Assembly: GCA_964234715.1 (NCBI GenBank)
Contig: OZ174280.1
Source of the DNA: Podarcis melisellensis
Lineage: Eukaryota
Reading direction: 5' to 3' (one strand)
Length of the DNA: 64,000 nt
A program made the translations under genes and the position numbers. Shown here piece by piece: positions 12,318-24,299 of the stretch. Under the pieces are notes generated by a model. The model had not been told where the DNA came from. It worked only from the letters and a program-made list of their open reading frames with translations, and ran no database searches. Position 1 is the stretch's first letter. The number at the start of each line of letters is the position of its first letter.

Positions 12318-12746
12318 CCAGTAGTGATGTATGGAAGTCAGAGCTGGACCATAAAGAAGGCTGAGTGCCGAAGAATTGATGCTTTTGAATTATGGTGCTG
12401 GAGGAGACTCTTGAGTGTCATGGAATGCAAGAAGATCAAACCTAGCCATTCTTAAGGAAATCAGCCCTGAGCGCTCACTGGAAGGACAGATCGTGAAGCT
12501 GAGGCTCCAATACTTTGGCCACCTCAAGAGAAGAGAAGACTCCCTGGAAAAGACCCTGATGTTGGGAAAGATGGAGGGCACAAGGAGAAGGGGATGACAG
12601 AGGACGAGATGGTTGGATAGTGTCTTTGAAGCTACCAGCATGAGTTTGACCAAACTGCGGGAGGCAGTGGAAGACAGAAGTGCCTGGCGTGCTCTGGTCC
12701 ATGGGGTCACGAAGAGTCTGACACGACTAAACGACTAAACAACAAC
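12318..12746 (+). mobile_element. BovB (RTE clade) LINE, 5'-truncated 3' end
   Basis: Translates to YGSQSWTIKKAE.RRIDAFELWCWRRLL...LQYFGHL.RREDSLEKTLMLGK.EG.RRRG with frameshifts; (ACGACTAA)2 plus (AAC)n tail; 11-bp TSD ATATAGCTATT (12307-12317) / ATGTAGCTATT (12747-12757). Confidence 0.95.
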
Positions 12747-12889
12747 ATGTAGCTATTTCTTTCTAGCCAGGGGCATGAAATGATAACTTGCAGAGTTTTG
12801 TTTTTTTAAAATAGTCCTAAGGCTGTATGCATCCATAAAGCACAGATGGCCCATGTCTGGTGAAGAGGGCATATGAAGAGGGATTTGAT

Positions 12890-13106
12890 GGGATTGATGG
12901 GTGTGGGTGTGGCTGGAATGTGGTTTGTTTGGTTGTTGTTGTTGTTTTGCTTTTGTTGTTTTAAGGGATGGCATCCAATTTCGTTGCACATGTGCAATGT
13001 TGCACTTGTGTAATGACAATAAAGAATCTATTCTATTCTATTCTATTCTATTCTATTCTATTCTATTCTATTCTATTCTATTCTATTCTATTCTATTCTA
13101 TTCTAT
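12890..13106 (+). mobile_element. probable Rex1/Babar LINE 3' UTR with (ATTCT)n tail
   Basis: CAATTTCGTTGCAC...TGTAATGACAATAAAG followed directly by (CTATT)n at 13027-13106, a typical Rex1/Babar terminus. Confidence 0.6.
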
Positions 13107-13587
13107 ATGTACCATTTGATAATATGTTTTCTTCCTCTACAACAAACAAATGCAGCATATCTACAATGGTACCACAATGGTTAGCCACTGTCAAGTGAGT
13201 CAGGTTTGACATGGCAATTCTTGGGTTCTACCCTTTCAGCTGATTGAGTCTGTCCGGTGTTCTTTCATGTCATTTGATACATTTTTAAATCACATTTCAT
13301 TGCCAAACAGCCCCAGAGCAGGGTATATTACATTCAAATATACACTACATTTCAAAGAAAGCTGGGGACTATACAAGCTAAGACACCATCAGCATGTTGG
13401 CTATGCCTGAGTCTGGGCAATTAAGTAAGCCTTAAGGTGACATAAAAAATTGTTAAGGCTTGTTGCCAGCTACATCTAGGTGCCGATGTCTGCCATGTTG
13501 CCACATACAGACTTTCAATTGACTGCAATACAGATAAGAGTGGCTCCACTCGGTGGTGGGGTACACATGTTTATTCTTATTTATTTA

Positions 13588-13589
<2 letters not shown>

Positions 13590-13640
<51 letters not shown>
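13590..13640. repeat. (AAT)n microsatellite
   Basis: About 17 perfect AAT units. Confidence 0.95.
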
Positions 13641-13641
<1 letters not shown>

Positions 13642-13805
13642 GTGGCTCCACCATAGATCTTAATGCCTGGGCAGATCTATATGGAAGAAGAAACTTTATC
13701 GGGTATCTAGGTCCCCAGTTGCATAATACAGGTCAGTATAAACACCTTGGGCTTGGTTTACAACATATAGGCTGGCAGTGGTACTCTTTCAAGACTTGTG
13801 TAGAC

Positions 13806-13943
13806 CAGAAGTAGCCTGCCTGATGCTCTTCAGATGGTGCAGGTCTACAACTCCCTGAATTTGTGACCATTGGGCATGCAGGCTGCAGGTGATGGAACTG
13901 TAAGTTCAACAACATCTGTAGATCACCACATTGGCTACCACTG
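13806..13943. mobile_element. short palindromic hAT-like MITE (ACTACAACTCCC family), decayed
   Basis: CAG...CTG ends and internal inverted CAGATG..CTACAACTCCC / ..AACAACATCTG segments. Confidence 0.55.
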
Positions 13944-14036
13944 CGGTAGATGATCTCACATAACAGCCCAGCTGTGACATTCTACACTAGCTGTAGCTTT
14001 TGAACCAATCAACCCCTAGAGCTATGAAGCACATTG

Positions 14037-14342
14037 CTGTTGTTGTTTAGTTGTTTAGTCGTGTCTGACTTTTTGTGACCCCATAGACCAGAGCACACCA
14101 GGTCCAACTCTCACTTCCATACATCATTACTGGGAAAACCATAGCTTTAACTATACGGACCTCTGTCGGCAAGGTGATGTCTCTGCTTTTTAAGATGCTG
14201 TCTAGGTTTGTCATCGCTTTTCTCCCAAGAAGAAGGTGTTTTTTAATTTCATTACTGCTGTCACCATCTGCAGTGATCATGGAGCCCAAGAAAGTAAAAT
14301 CTCTCACTGCCTGCATTTCTTCCCCTTCTATTTGCCAGGAGG
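14037..14342 (-). mobile_element. BovB LINE fragment, 5'-truncated and internally deleted
   Basis: ORF track 14047-14316 reads VRDFTFLGSMITADGDSS.EIK..LLLGRKAMTNLDSILKSRDITLPT.VRIVKAMVFPV.MYGSESWT, fused directly to the 3' end and (AAC)n tail. Confidence 0.95.
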
Positions 14343-15522
14343 CAATCTAATTTTGAGGCTACCAGCACCTCAGATTAGATCACTGTGACATTTCTATCTA
14401 GGAATGGCTGTAACTGGCATGCCAACTAAAGCTAGCAATAGGTGCTCCTCACTGCAAAGTCCACTTCTGCCTTTGGTGACAGTGTTGAATCTAGGCAGTG
14501 GTGAACCTTGGCATCTCAAATTTTAGAGGTGCCCTGTGCAACACCAAAATCTGATGCCCTCTGCCTCTATGGATGTCATAGTTGCAGTACCTGCTGTGGC
14601 ACCCCAGAATCTCCCCTAGATCCGTCTTTGATCTGGGAACCCTCAGATTACATACTTGTGCTACATATTGTCCAGGTAAGTGCTGGAAATTCTAGCTCCC
14701 AACGGAGTACTAAATAAAAATCCTCTATTATTAATTACATATTACTTTCCTATTCTTCCTAGGGCTAGGATTGTACAAGGCATTATTCATGCTTAAGTTA
14801 CAAATGTGGAGTAGATGTATCACTTATACAGAAGCATATTACCTCCTACCTATATATATGATTAAATGACTTTACTAGAAGTGTATATCAAGCCATAAAA
14901 AAATCTTATGGACATGAAAGATGACTTTTAATATGCTCTTGTTACTGTTGCGGCAATGACACCTGAAATGGCATCTCACTAATCAAAGTGTTCTAATGGG
15001 ACGGAATCTGATCTGCCAGTCCTCAAGAGAGAGCTAAAGGAAATGGAGTGCCAGTTTGCTTTGTGGTTTTTATTGCAGCATTATAATACTTTGCCAAATG
15101 GGACAGCTCCTGTTGAGTTTCATATCGATGTGCTCTCATTTGACTTAAATAAACTGTATGACCCTATGCCAGGCTGTGCAAGAAGGGCCAGTGAGATCAG
15201 TACTGTGACAGGTGACCTTTTATCAATCAAATACATTTATTCATATTTGTTTTCCTAGGTGATGGTATTTGTCCTTGTAGTGCATTGTTGTGAAGTGTTT
15301 GAAGTTCTTGTAGCCAGAATCATGTCCCCACCAACCCAACTCCCAGACTTTCCATGGGAATGGAGAAAGCACAATTTCTGAGAAGCTCAGAAAAAGATAC
15401 AAGAGGAAACCACTTCCCATGCAAAAGGGAAGTGAGAGGTAACATTAATTTTCAGGCCCATTTCACTGAGGGTGTTCTCAAGAACTGGAACCACAAGCCC
15501 CTGAGCAAGTCCTAAAGGGATA

Positions 15523-15752
15523 CAGTGGAACTTTGGTTTTCGAATGTAATCTGTTCCAGAAGATCGTTCAACTTCCGAAACATTCGACTTCTAAGGATCA
15601 ATGGGCAGTCAGCAAAATCCATCGAAAAAAATGGAGAAACGTGCCTCAAAAGCCATTGGACTTCCGAGGCACATTCGAAAACTTCCGGGTTTTTGACATT
15701 TGGGTTCTAAATTGTTTGGCTTCTGAGACGCTCGAAAACAGAGGTTCCACTG
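15523..15752. mobile_element. Tc1/mariner (Tigger/pogo-like) MITE
   Basis: TIRs CAGTGGAACTTTGGTTTTCGA / TCGAAAACAGAGGTTCCACTG flanked by TA on both sides. Confidence 0.85.
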
Positions 15753-16924
15753 TATGACCAAGGATGCCCAGGAAGATGGAGCCATGCAGTCTTGCAACAG
15801 CCAGTGGTAATGTAAATTAACACTAATTTTTGAGAAGAAAATGAAAAATAGGATTTTTAAAATTTTAAAGAAAAGCCTACATGAGATTGAAATCCAGATG
15901 CTGTGACCTCAGCTCAGTTCAGTGTTTTCTGTTCAGCTAGATTACAGACATTTTACACAGACACACTTGTGAGTATCTCGATGTTTCCAAATATGTTATT
16001 TTCCAGGAAACTCGCAGGGGTCTGAACAGATTCTTCCCACTGCTTGCAATTTATCAATACATAATTCAAACATCTGCTGTTTCTGTATGTTTGGCTGAAG
16101 CAAGCTCTCAAATGAGACCAGTAGAAGGTTTGCGTCCTCACATATTATCTGGGCAAGTAGTTTGGCTCTTAACTGCTTCTTCTGATAGAAAGCAGGAGCA
16201 GCAGGAGCTCCTGGTATGTCATACAAATGTGATTTAGACATGTCACCAGCGATGGCCCTTGATGAATTTCACCTGCAGATGCTGCCTACAAGCTTGACTT
16301 CCCTTGTATTCTCACCACATGTTTGTCTACATTTTGCATTCTGAAAATGGAACAGAGTTTATCAGCTGCAGTTCATTTGTAAATGTAACCTTTCAAGATT
16401 CAATATTTGTTCATTTCCTAACTGCTTTCTTTCCACTCTCCATTCCTTTCTCATTTGGGGTACCATGGTAAGGAAGTGAAAGCTAGAAAATCAAACCTTA
16501 TACTCATATATACTTGATTATATACTTATAATCAAACACATACTGATTTGGTCCTTTTAAGGTGTGCACGGTAGCTTCTTATAGCTATGAAGATTGAATT
16601 TCTTTCTATACAGTACAGTGGAGAGCACCAGTGACTTAGGTTTTTATTTATTTATTTATTAGAAAGTTATATTTGCTGCCTTTTTTGTTCCAGACGAACT
16701 GCAATGTAATGTTCTTTGTTCAGTCTTGTAAGTGTCAGTGTGCACACAACCCATGTCTCTCCTGAGGACTGATCTTGCGGCAGGCAGGTATCCAATCTAC
16801 CCTACAACTTCTTCTTCCAGCAAAAATGACATTATTTGTCTCATTGTCCATTGTGGCAAAAGGGTATAAAATATTTAAGGAGAAATTTGCTCAAGGCTGA
16901 ACATTTAGATCTTATACAAAGCAG

Positions 16925-17100
16925 TGCCAAAGCAGAGGTTTGCAGGCAGAAAAGTCACAGGTTCAAGGAGCTTCAAGTAGCAGATGATGAGGAAACGTAC
17001 CATTGCCTATCACCCTGGAGAGCCACTGTCAGAAAAAGCAGGCAGTGATATGGATTAAAAGAATCTGATCCGATAAAAGACAGCTTCCCAGGTTCCTAGT
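16925..17100 (+). mobile_element. old tRNA-derived SINE, decayed
   Basis: CAGGTTCAAG B-box-like sequence, CCCTGGAGAGCCACTG core and CAGCTTCCCAGGTTCCTA tail. Confidence 0.45.
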
Positions 17101-17379
17101 ATTCCTGGTGAGAAATGTTCAGGTACATTTTTTTTTAAAAAAAATGTTAATTGGAATGTTGCTAGGCAAAACAATTGAAACCTCCTCCACACTGTGAAAA
17201 ACATCAAAAGCAAAAATGCAGAAATAGATGTTTTTGAACTGTGTAATGCAGTGCCCAGAGACAATTGGCACTGCAAATCATGGGACATATGGGCATTTCA
17301 AGGCCAATACTCACAACTGCGGCATTCACAGTGGCCCCTTTCCCCCATTGCGGAGGCTCCTTGCTCGTGGCAAACGACT

Positions 17380-18110
17380 TGTCTGGTTAATTTGCCTGAA
17401 GCAAAAACTGGCTGCTTTGCCTACCATATGTGCTTAGCAAATTAATTAAACCAATGAATGAATCATAACAGAAGCTTGCAGGCTAAGATGCCAACGTTCG
17501 ATCTATGATGCTTGGCCTTTCGAGGATTTCCCCCTTGTAAGTTCTGAACACTGCTGAAATAAAACTTTTAAAAACTGGATGAATTTATAATGCAATATTT
17601 TCTCTCTCCCCCGCCACCTGACCCGCCTTTGGCCTGTGACAATTCTTTCTCGGTTTTTGCTAACAATGCATTCCAGAGAGCATGAGACATACAACAGGAA
17701 CTCAGCTGTCGAAAGGCACAGAGCTGCCTTTCTAACAAGCCTCGGTTTTCTGCCTGCCCCTCTCCGATTATATTTTTGTGCTCTCATGATTAGCTCCCGG
17801 TAGGAGCCAAGCTATGAATCTCTCCCCAGCCCTGGCTTTTTATTAGTATGGCCCATGCAGGTTTGGTGAGATGGAACAGCTATAACTCTGAGATGCTGAA
17901 TAGGAAACCTTCATTTGCATGAAAATGAGGACGCCCTGCTGGCCGCCGTGCCTGGATCAACTAATAAATATTTGCAGCATTTTGTTCTCATTAAATATAT
18001 GCAGACACGAGAAGCACAAACAATGTCTCCTTCTGGCACGCAGCCTCGGCGGAAGGCCTGGGGAAGGACACTGTGCCACCAAGGAAAGGCTCTTCAGGAA
18101 TAATTTAGAA
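17380..18110. promoter_or_regulatory. candidate conserved non-coding element / enhancer
   Basis: No recognisable repeat, CpGs retained, octamer ATTTGCAT at 17913-17920, SOX-like AACAATG sites and TAAT cores; conservation not tested. Confidence 0.4.
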
Positions 18111-20178
18111 GAAACAAAAATCCATTAGCTGGGCTGAGAGGAGTCAACCCACACAAATGTTTTTCAGCATGCAGTGGTGGCAGAAACAGCTTTGCCTAGT
18201 TTGGCTTTCAACCCCATCAGTCAGTGACAGCCCCACGTGCATTTGCTAGAACATGCCTACAAGATGTGGCTTTTGATATGGCATTGCAGACATGGCTCTC
18301 GGATAAATTTATGGTGTCTCACTGAGTGCCAAAGTGGTTATGCAAACAGACTTTGCCTCCCTTGAAAATGCAGGGCAGTGACCTCGGATCTGAAAGGCTT
18401 CTGGCTCACACAGTAAGATCAGATGCTTGTAGCTGGATCTCTTTCTCCCTTTGCACTCTCGCTGTGGTCTCCTGTGGCTTGATCCTGTGAGCTGCTGCAC
18501 TGAAGTAGATCTGACTCATGAGAGCTTGAGCTGTGGTCCTGTTGTGGTTTGTGTTGTATTGTGGACAAATAAAAAATGCCAGGGTTCAACCTTACTTGGA
18601 TAGCACATTCATTTTCCCCTACCATGAAAATAGATATGGAAGATTATAGAAAATGGATTATGGAAAACGATATGTTATCCTGTTGGTTAAGATTAAAAAT
18701 AGCAAACACATTCTCTGAGTACTTATGCTTATGCAGGCAGCATGGCCCCTTCCACATACCAGAGGGAGGTGTCATCAGCCTTAGAGAACTCCCCAATATT
18801 TGCAGAAGCGCATATCATGTTTAGGGGGAAATAATGTGGGGAGTGGACAGCCTGAAACAGCCCAATGCAGACTGAGTGTGCTCTGTGGCCATGGAGTGCT
18901 GACTGACTGTTGGAAGGGGAATAGAAAACCAGGAAGTGGGGGATATAACAGAACATCCTGGAATTGGACATGGCTAGCTGGATGAAACCCTGAGCAGAAG
19001 TACTCTATACTGCAGGACTCTGTTGCAGGTCCCACTTATATTTCATAAACTACCAATAAAGTGCCATATTATGATGTCCACTAAAGACTCCAGGAAGTCT
19101 GAAAATGCTACAGAGAAAGATCTGGTTGGTAGTACTTTTTCCACTCTGCGCTCCAGTAATTACTTGTCAGTTTTCAGATTTGAATAGACACTTGCCATAT
19201 TCATTCTTCCTCATTAGCGGCTTGGCTCTTCACAATGACTAATCATTGATGAGCAATCAAGATTATGTAGAAATGCAGCTTACACCTACGTCCTAGGATG
19301 GATTTGAGACAAGTATTCTGCCTGTGTGGATGTGTGGAATAAGAGTGAGTCTGGCTGACAAGGGGCAAGAAATTTGAATTTTTGCAGCTGGCTAGGGAAA
19401 AAGGCAAGCTGGGAAGGCTGCTGTTACTTCCAAGGACAAATGCTGTTTCATTGTAAGTGCTTCCTTTCTGTGTGCCAACCTGCTCCTTGGTTTCATTGCT
19501 AGATTAATCAATTAAAATTTTACTTGATCAATCCATGGAAGCCATTTTTAGTCAGTGAGGACACATTTTAATCAATAAGGTCATTTCCTGCACTGGCTCA
19601 AAAAGTCACATCCAAATGTTGTATTAATATTCAATGTATCCCTCAATTATGAAAGAATTCAATGACAAATTATTATGCAACTAATATTCTTTAATAGGTT
19701 GACAGTCCTACAAAAGTGGGAAATGGATTAAAACGTACTCATCCCTATGCAGAATCTGGGAATGGCATGGTGAATGTCTACCAGTGGCTGCTTATCTTTA
19801 TATGAGTGTCTCATAACGTTGCACATATCCCTTAAGAGGGCCCAAGTAAATGTTGCAGACAGGCAAAAGGTCAACAGGGGCGGAATATAGTGAACAGTAT
19901 TCTTTACACTCAAGCCAATCTCAGTGTGGTAGCTGTCATCTAGGTTGATGCATCTATAAGCTACGAGTGCATGAGTCTTTAAAAATGGATGTGGAAAGCC
20001 TGGCTCTGTTGCTGGGCAGTAAGAGATTCATATGCATCCTCGCAAATACCTTGCATGGTGCAGCCCATTCTTCATGGGAGCTTTACCTAGAAGGCACTGC
20101 ACTGTTCACATTTCTTTCGGTGACAGACTGTGCTTTGGGGATATGGACACACATAGCTTTTCAAGGCACATCCGTCAG

Positions 20179-20214
20179 CACACACACACACACACACACA
20201 CATGCACACACACA
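20179..20214. repeat. (CA)n microsatellite
   Basis: CA run with one TG interruption. Confidence 0.9.
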
Positions 20215-23200
20215 CTTTCTTTTCTTTAATAGCTTTTAATAATTAAGTCTAGCTGAGAAGCTTTGATTGCATTATACACTTAGTGGGTTAATTAGAAACC
20301 TCTAAATAAGTTGCAAACTGGTTCCTCCGGACTCGGCCCATTGGTCATTCCCCCAGCTAAAATGCTTGATTCTCTGGAGGGCTCGGGTTTGAGAATTGAA
20401 TGGAAGCAATTGCTCCCAATAAGTAAGACTACAAAGTTAAGTAATTTAATTTTGCCCCCTCCCTCTTCCCCAAACCCCCAGGAACAGCTGTGTAACACTA
20501 TCAATAAAAATCCCTTTAAAAGGTTAAGTGGGTGTTCTATTGGAAATGCTTAGAATCAGGGGAAATCCAGTAAAGATGTTTGGCAGAGTGAATGAATGTT
20601 CTCCCTCACCCATCAAAGTCTTCTTTGTGATTGCTTGCATGTCTTCCATGTATACCCATGCAGCTAACTTTTCCTTCTTGGAGGGCTCTGCTTCCTCCCA
20701 AGAATGCTCGTCTCCCCTATTTGTATTATTGGCAGCACAAGAGGAGATATTTGCAAAGCAATGGGAGGTGGCTGGCTTTGGAGCCTGTCCTACTCATTGC
20801 TTATGATGATTAGCTAGTCAACTGAGATCTCACAAGGTTCTGCAGCATTTGTGAGATCTTGGCAGCTCCAATCTTGGGAGACTTGGGATTCTGGGTTTCC
20901 CTGGAGTCAGGGCATTCAAATGGGAGCAACAGCACCAGGTGGGAAGTTGTGTCATGGAAAGCCAGGACAAACCACCAAGCGGAGCAAGGAGCTAGGTAGC
21001 AATCGCAACTCTCCCCTCCCCTGTTATTGCTCCCATTTTAACCGACATTATAGCAGTCAATTTTGGGGGGCGGGGGGCAGGGAATCAAAGTTGTGGCCAT
21101 TTAGCTCCAGCACTCCTTAGCTGCCACATAGAAGATGCACATGAGAAAAAACTCCTCAACTCACTTCTCCACCTTGAAACCAGCAATGCTTTTGGCTCAA
21201 TCTCCTTATCAATGAAGCATGCTCAAAGATTGGCTTTTATTAACTGACTCCTTGCTAGAGCTTTCTGCAAGTCCTGCTGAGCTGCAGGCAGTTTAAAGTT
21301 CCTTTAACTGTCAAGCTTATTGCGCCTACCTGTATGATCACAACTGCCTGCCAAGTTGCTTCTTTTAAATTGGCCGCCTGTAATGAAGCCTGGGAGTTTA
21401 GTTGCCTTTCGTGCTGGGGATGTTTTCTTTTAAAAGGTAATCAGTTGTTTTTACATGTGTATCTTTCGCTTCCTTCATAGAGCTCAGAGTGGTGTTTTAG
21501 CTTCACAGCACCCCCTGAGATAGACAAGCTGAGAGATAGAGAGCTGCATAACTTGACAGGGGTTGCATCTGGGTCTCCCAATTATGCTCAACATCTTAGC
21601 AGAATTCAAGTCAGTCCACTATCCATCCAGGTAACTGAACCTTTTTTTTATTTTTGCCAATTGTGTCAGGGTATTTTGCAGTTGATGGGCATTGATGTCC
21701 TAGCCTCAGCTCCCCCAGTGAACTGTATTATTGATAATACCTCATGAAGCCAATGCAGAGTACAGAGCAGGAATCATCACTCTTGCTCTGGATGGTTTAA
21801 CACGTTCACCTTTCTCCATGCTCCCCACACTTCTGTTGGCACCTTGTGAAAGCTTTCACAAAAAGCTTTTCACTTTTCCATTCTATATTGGCTCTCTCTT
21901 AAGTCCCAAACTACCTACCATTCCATAATCACTCTACAATGCATCCAAGTGCTCTCTCTCTCTGCTATCAATAACATCTGCTCTTGCTTAATTGTATCAG
22001 AACACCTGACAAATACTCCATTTCCCCAATCTCTCCTAATATTCCATTCCTAAGCCATGCTTGAGCTCTCCTTATTACATAGTAGGGACTGTTCCTTCCA
22101 GGCACTGCAGGAGATAATAAAAAAATGAAGCGCTTGTAGTATTTTCATGCTGTTAAGCCCAACATGTTATTTTAGGCCAGGGTTTCTTAAAATTGGACGG
22201 CAGGTCCCCAAGCTGCAACAATGAAAACAACAGCAATTGTTGTCCTATATCTGCTGCATACAAAGATCCAGCAGATGGCAGCATGGAATGTTTTTGTGTG
22301 TTATATATTCCATTTTGTAAATAGATTTGATGCAGTGTTCAAAAGCATTTTCCTGAAATACAGCACTTTATCCAGAAGAAAGCTGAAAGTAAGCACAGAT
22401 ATCCTGATATTTTATAGTTTTAAGTGACTTGGTTAAACATAAGGTGATCTAGTCCCACTGGAGTAAACTCCAATAGTTTTTGGCAAACACTGGGGTTTCC
22501 TTGCAATGGAAATTAGCTTTAAGTCCTTATAATTATATATGGATTACTATCTATGGGTTGGGCATGAGATAGATGGGTGGATGTGCTGCAGTTGGTGGAC
22601 ATCTGGCCCATAGGTCTTTAAAAGGATATTTCCCCCTTTGTTGTTTGGATTCAATGTCTGTGATACCAAACGCATCCCTATGCCATGTGATTTCTTTTCG
22701 TAGAAGCTGTAATATCACTACTTTTTTTGATAAGATTAGGGATATGGCTGGTATTTTGCTGGGCTCTAGACAAGGGAAAACTAGCATTTCCATGCGAAGG
22801 CAGTTGGGGTCCCTGTGCATCAGCCCTCATTGAAATCTTGCCACTTGCTATCCTTCATCACACAGAAAACACTAATAGTATTGCCGTGTCTCCACTTGCT
22901 CTTGCTTGTGAGATATTAATGTGAAAGATAATATATTGGCCAGAATCAATACTTTTCCTGACTTAGTAAAGATCACCATCCATCAGTCCCTGCTTTCATT
23001 TGATAAAATCCTCTTATGTCACTTTTACTTAGACTGATGAGATCACAGTGGCCCTTTTGTTTCATGATCAATGGAGCCAAGATGAAATATTGTCCTATAA
23101 ATTAGCACCTCTGGATCAAGACTATGAGATTCCCCCAGTGGCTGCCAAGAGGACTCACCAAACATCATAATAAAGCACAGCACAGTCTAATGAGTTAATT

Positions 23201-23442
23201 AATTTAGAGCTGGAATTTGCTGCACTAACACATGCTGGGAATTAGCAATATAATATCCAAACAGCGGAGTACCATGAACTCTGTTCGGTGGTTCCTCAAG
23301 AATCTTGAGTCAAGATGTACAGACTTTAGTCCAAATTATTCCTACACACAGAGGTCAACTAAATATGATGATGATGAAACACAGGTTACCAAATCAGTTT
23401 GTTTTCTCTCTCTTACAATATGAAGGTAAAACCTGGAAGGCA

Positions 23443-24299
23443 TTTGCGTGGACAGGCGGAGTCCCCCAAACCCTGGATGGCCCCGTGTGGAATAACGACA
23501 CAATACAATGTGCTATGGGATTGAAATTGGCCACACCTTTATTATGTTTCAGATGTGGGTAGATCTTGGCTCAGGCATTGGACATTCATCCCTCCCAGTC
23601 CCCCGCCGGGGACCTGGGGAACATCAGGATTATTCAGTTTGTGTGGGGGATGGGCTGGCTCTGGAGAATATGTTCAAGCAGAGAGAGCCCGCCCCCATTA
23701 CGCCGTCATCACAGGGGAGAGCAATGACAATCTCTAGGTGTACGGCCAAAGCCTCCCCTCAAACAACCCCTTTAACAGGGAACCCTGGTATCGCCGCCAC
23801 AAAGAGGAGGGGGGGCATGGGTCATTGCTGCATGCCCCCCCCATTTAGGGAAGATAGACTAAAGGATTCTGCCCAAGGCCTGATACTGCCAAAGTTGTGA
23901 CGTTTTGCTACGGGAAAGGCAAACCTGCCAATGCAGGAAAATTCCTTTCCGGCCCTTCAACAGCAGCCTTGACGTAGCAGCGCCTGCGTACCTGTGGAGA
24001 AAAGGTTAACCTGCAAAAGAAGCCTTAACTGAGGGTGGGTAGGGTGGGAGAAGCTCTGGAGCCAACTGACGATTCCCAGGTAAGATCCTCCCCCTATTGT
24101 GTGGGCAGGTAGTCCTTCCCCCTACCTGGCCTGATCACCTTGGCAACGCCTCCCCAGGCAGGATTGGGCAACTGGCTGAGGTAGGTGGAGACCTCCAGGT
24201 ATCCCACCTGGGGAAGGCGAAGCCAAGCCTGTGCTAATGGTGCCTCATAGGGTCCAGGGGGCTGTGTGCGACCCCCATTTAATGTGGGGAGTGGTCATT
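23443..24299 (-). mobile_element. non-coding DIRS/Ngaro-like element, copy 2
   Basis: Colinear with 10016-10877 and has the same ends; carries an extra hairpin at 23809-23841 and lacks the inner GTCCACGCAAA inverted repeat. Confidence 0.65.

Larger units (their letters stand above)
13645..14470 (-). mobile_element. decayed L2 ORF2 C-terminal fragment, interrupted by a MITE and a BovB
   Basis: Minus-strand translation gives QLQPFLD...LVASKLD (14345-14440), QKLQLV.N (about 13960-14010) and LKEYHCQPIC (about 13760-13795), matching L2 motifs RPFL..LVTSRLDYCN, KLQLVQN and LHWLP. Confidence 0.6.

Noticed and set aside
12901-13814. ORFs with (ILFYS)n and poly-N tracts
   Set aside because: Translations of (ATTCT)n and (AAT)n microsatellites
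22470-22830. Possible decayed LINE RT (YPFKDL resembling PFKYLG)
   Set aside because: Single weak motif, insufficient without a profile search
23508-23900. 130-aa ORF similar to ORFs at 10130-10419
   Set aside because: Similarity reflects the repeat; the frame is broken in copy 1, so coding is not supported
10016-24299. The two 860-bp repeats as paired LTRs of a single 14-kb provirus
   Set aside because: No gag/pol between them, no PBS/PPT or shared TSD, clear divergence with indels, and the interval holds old repeats and CNE-like host sequence
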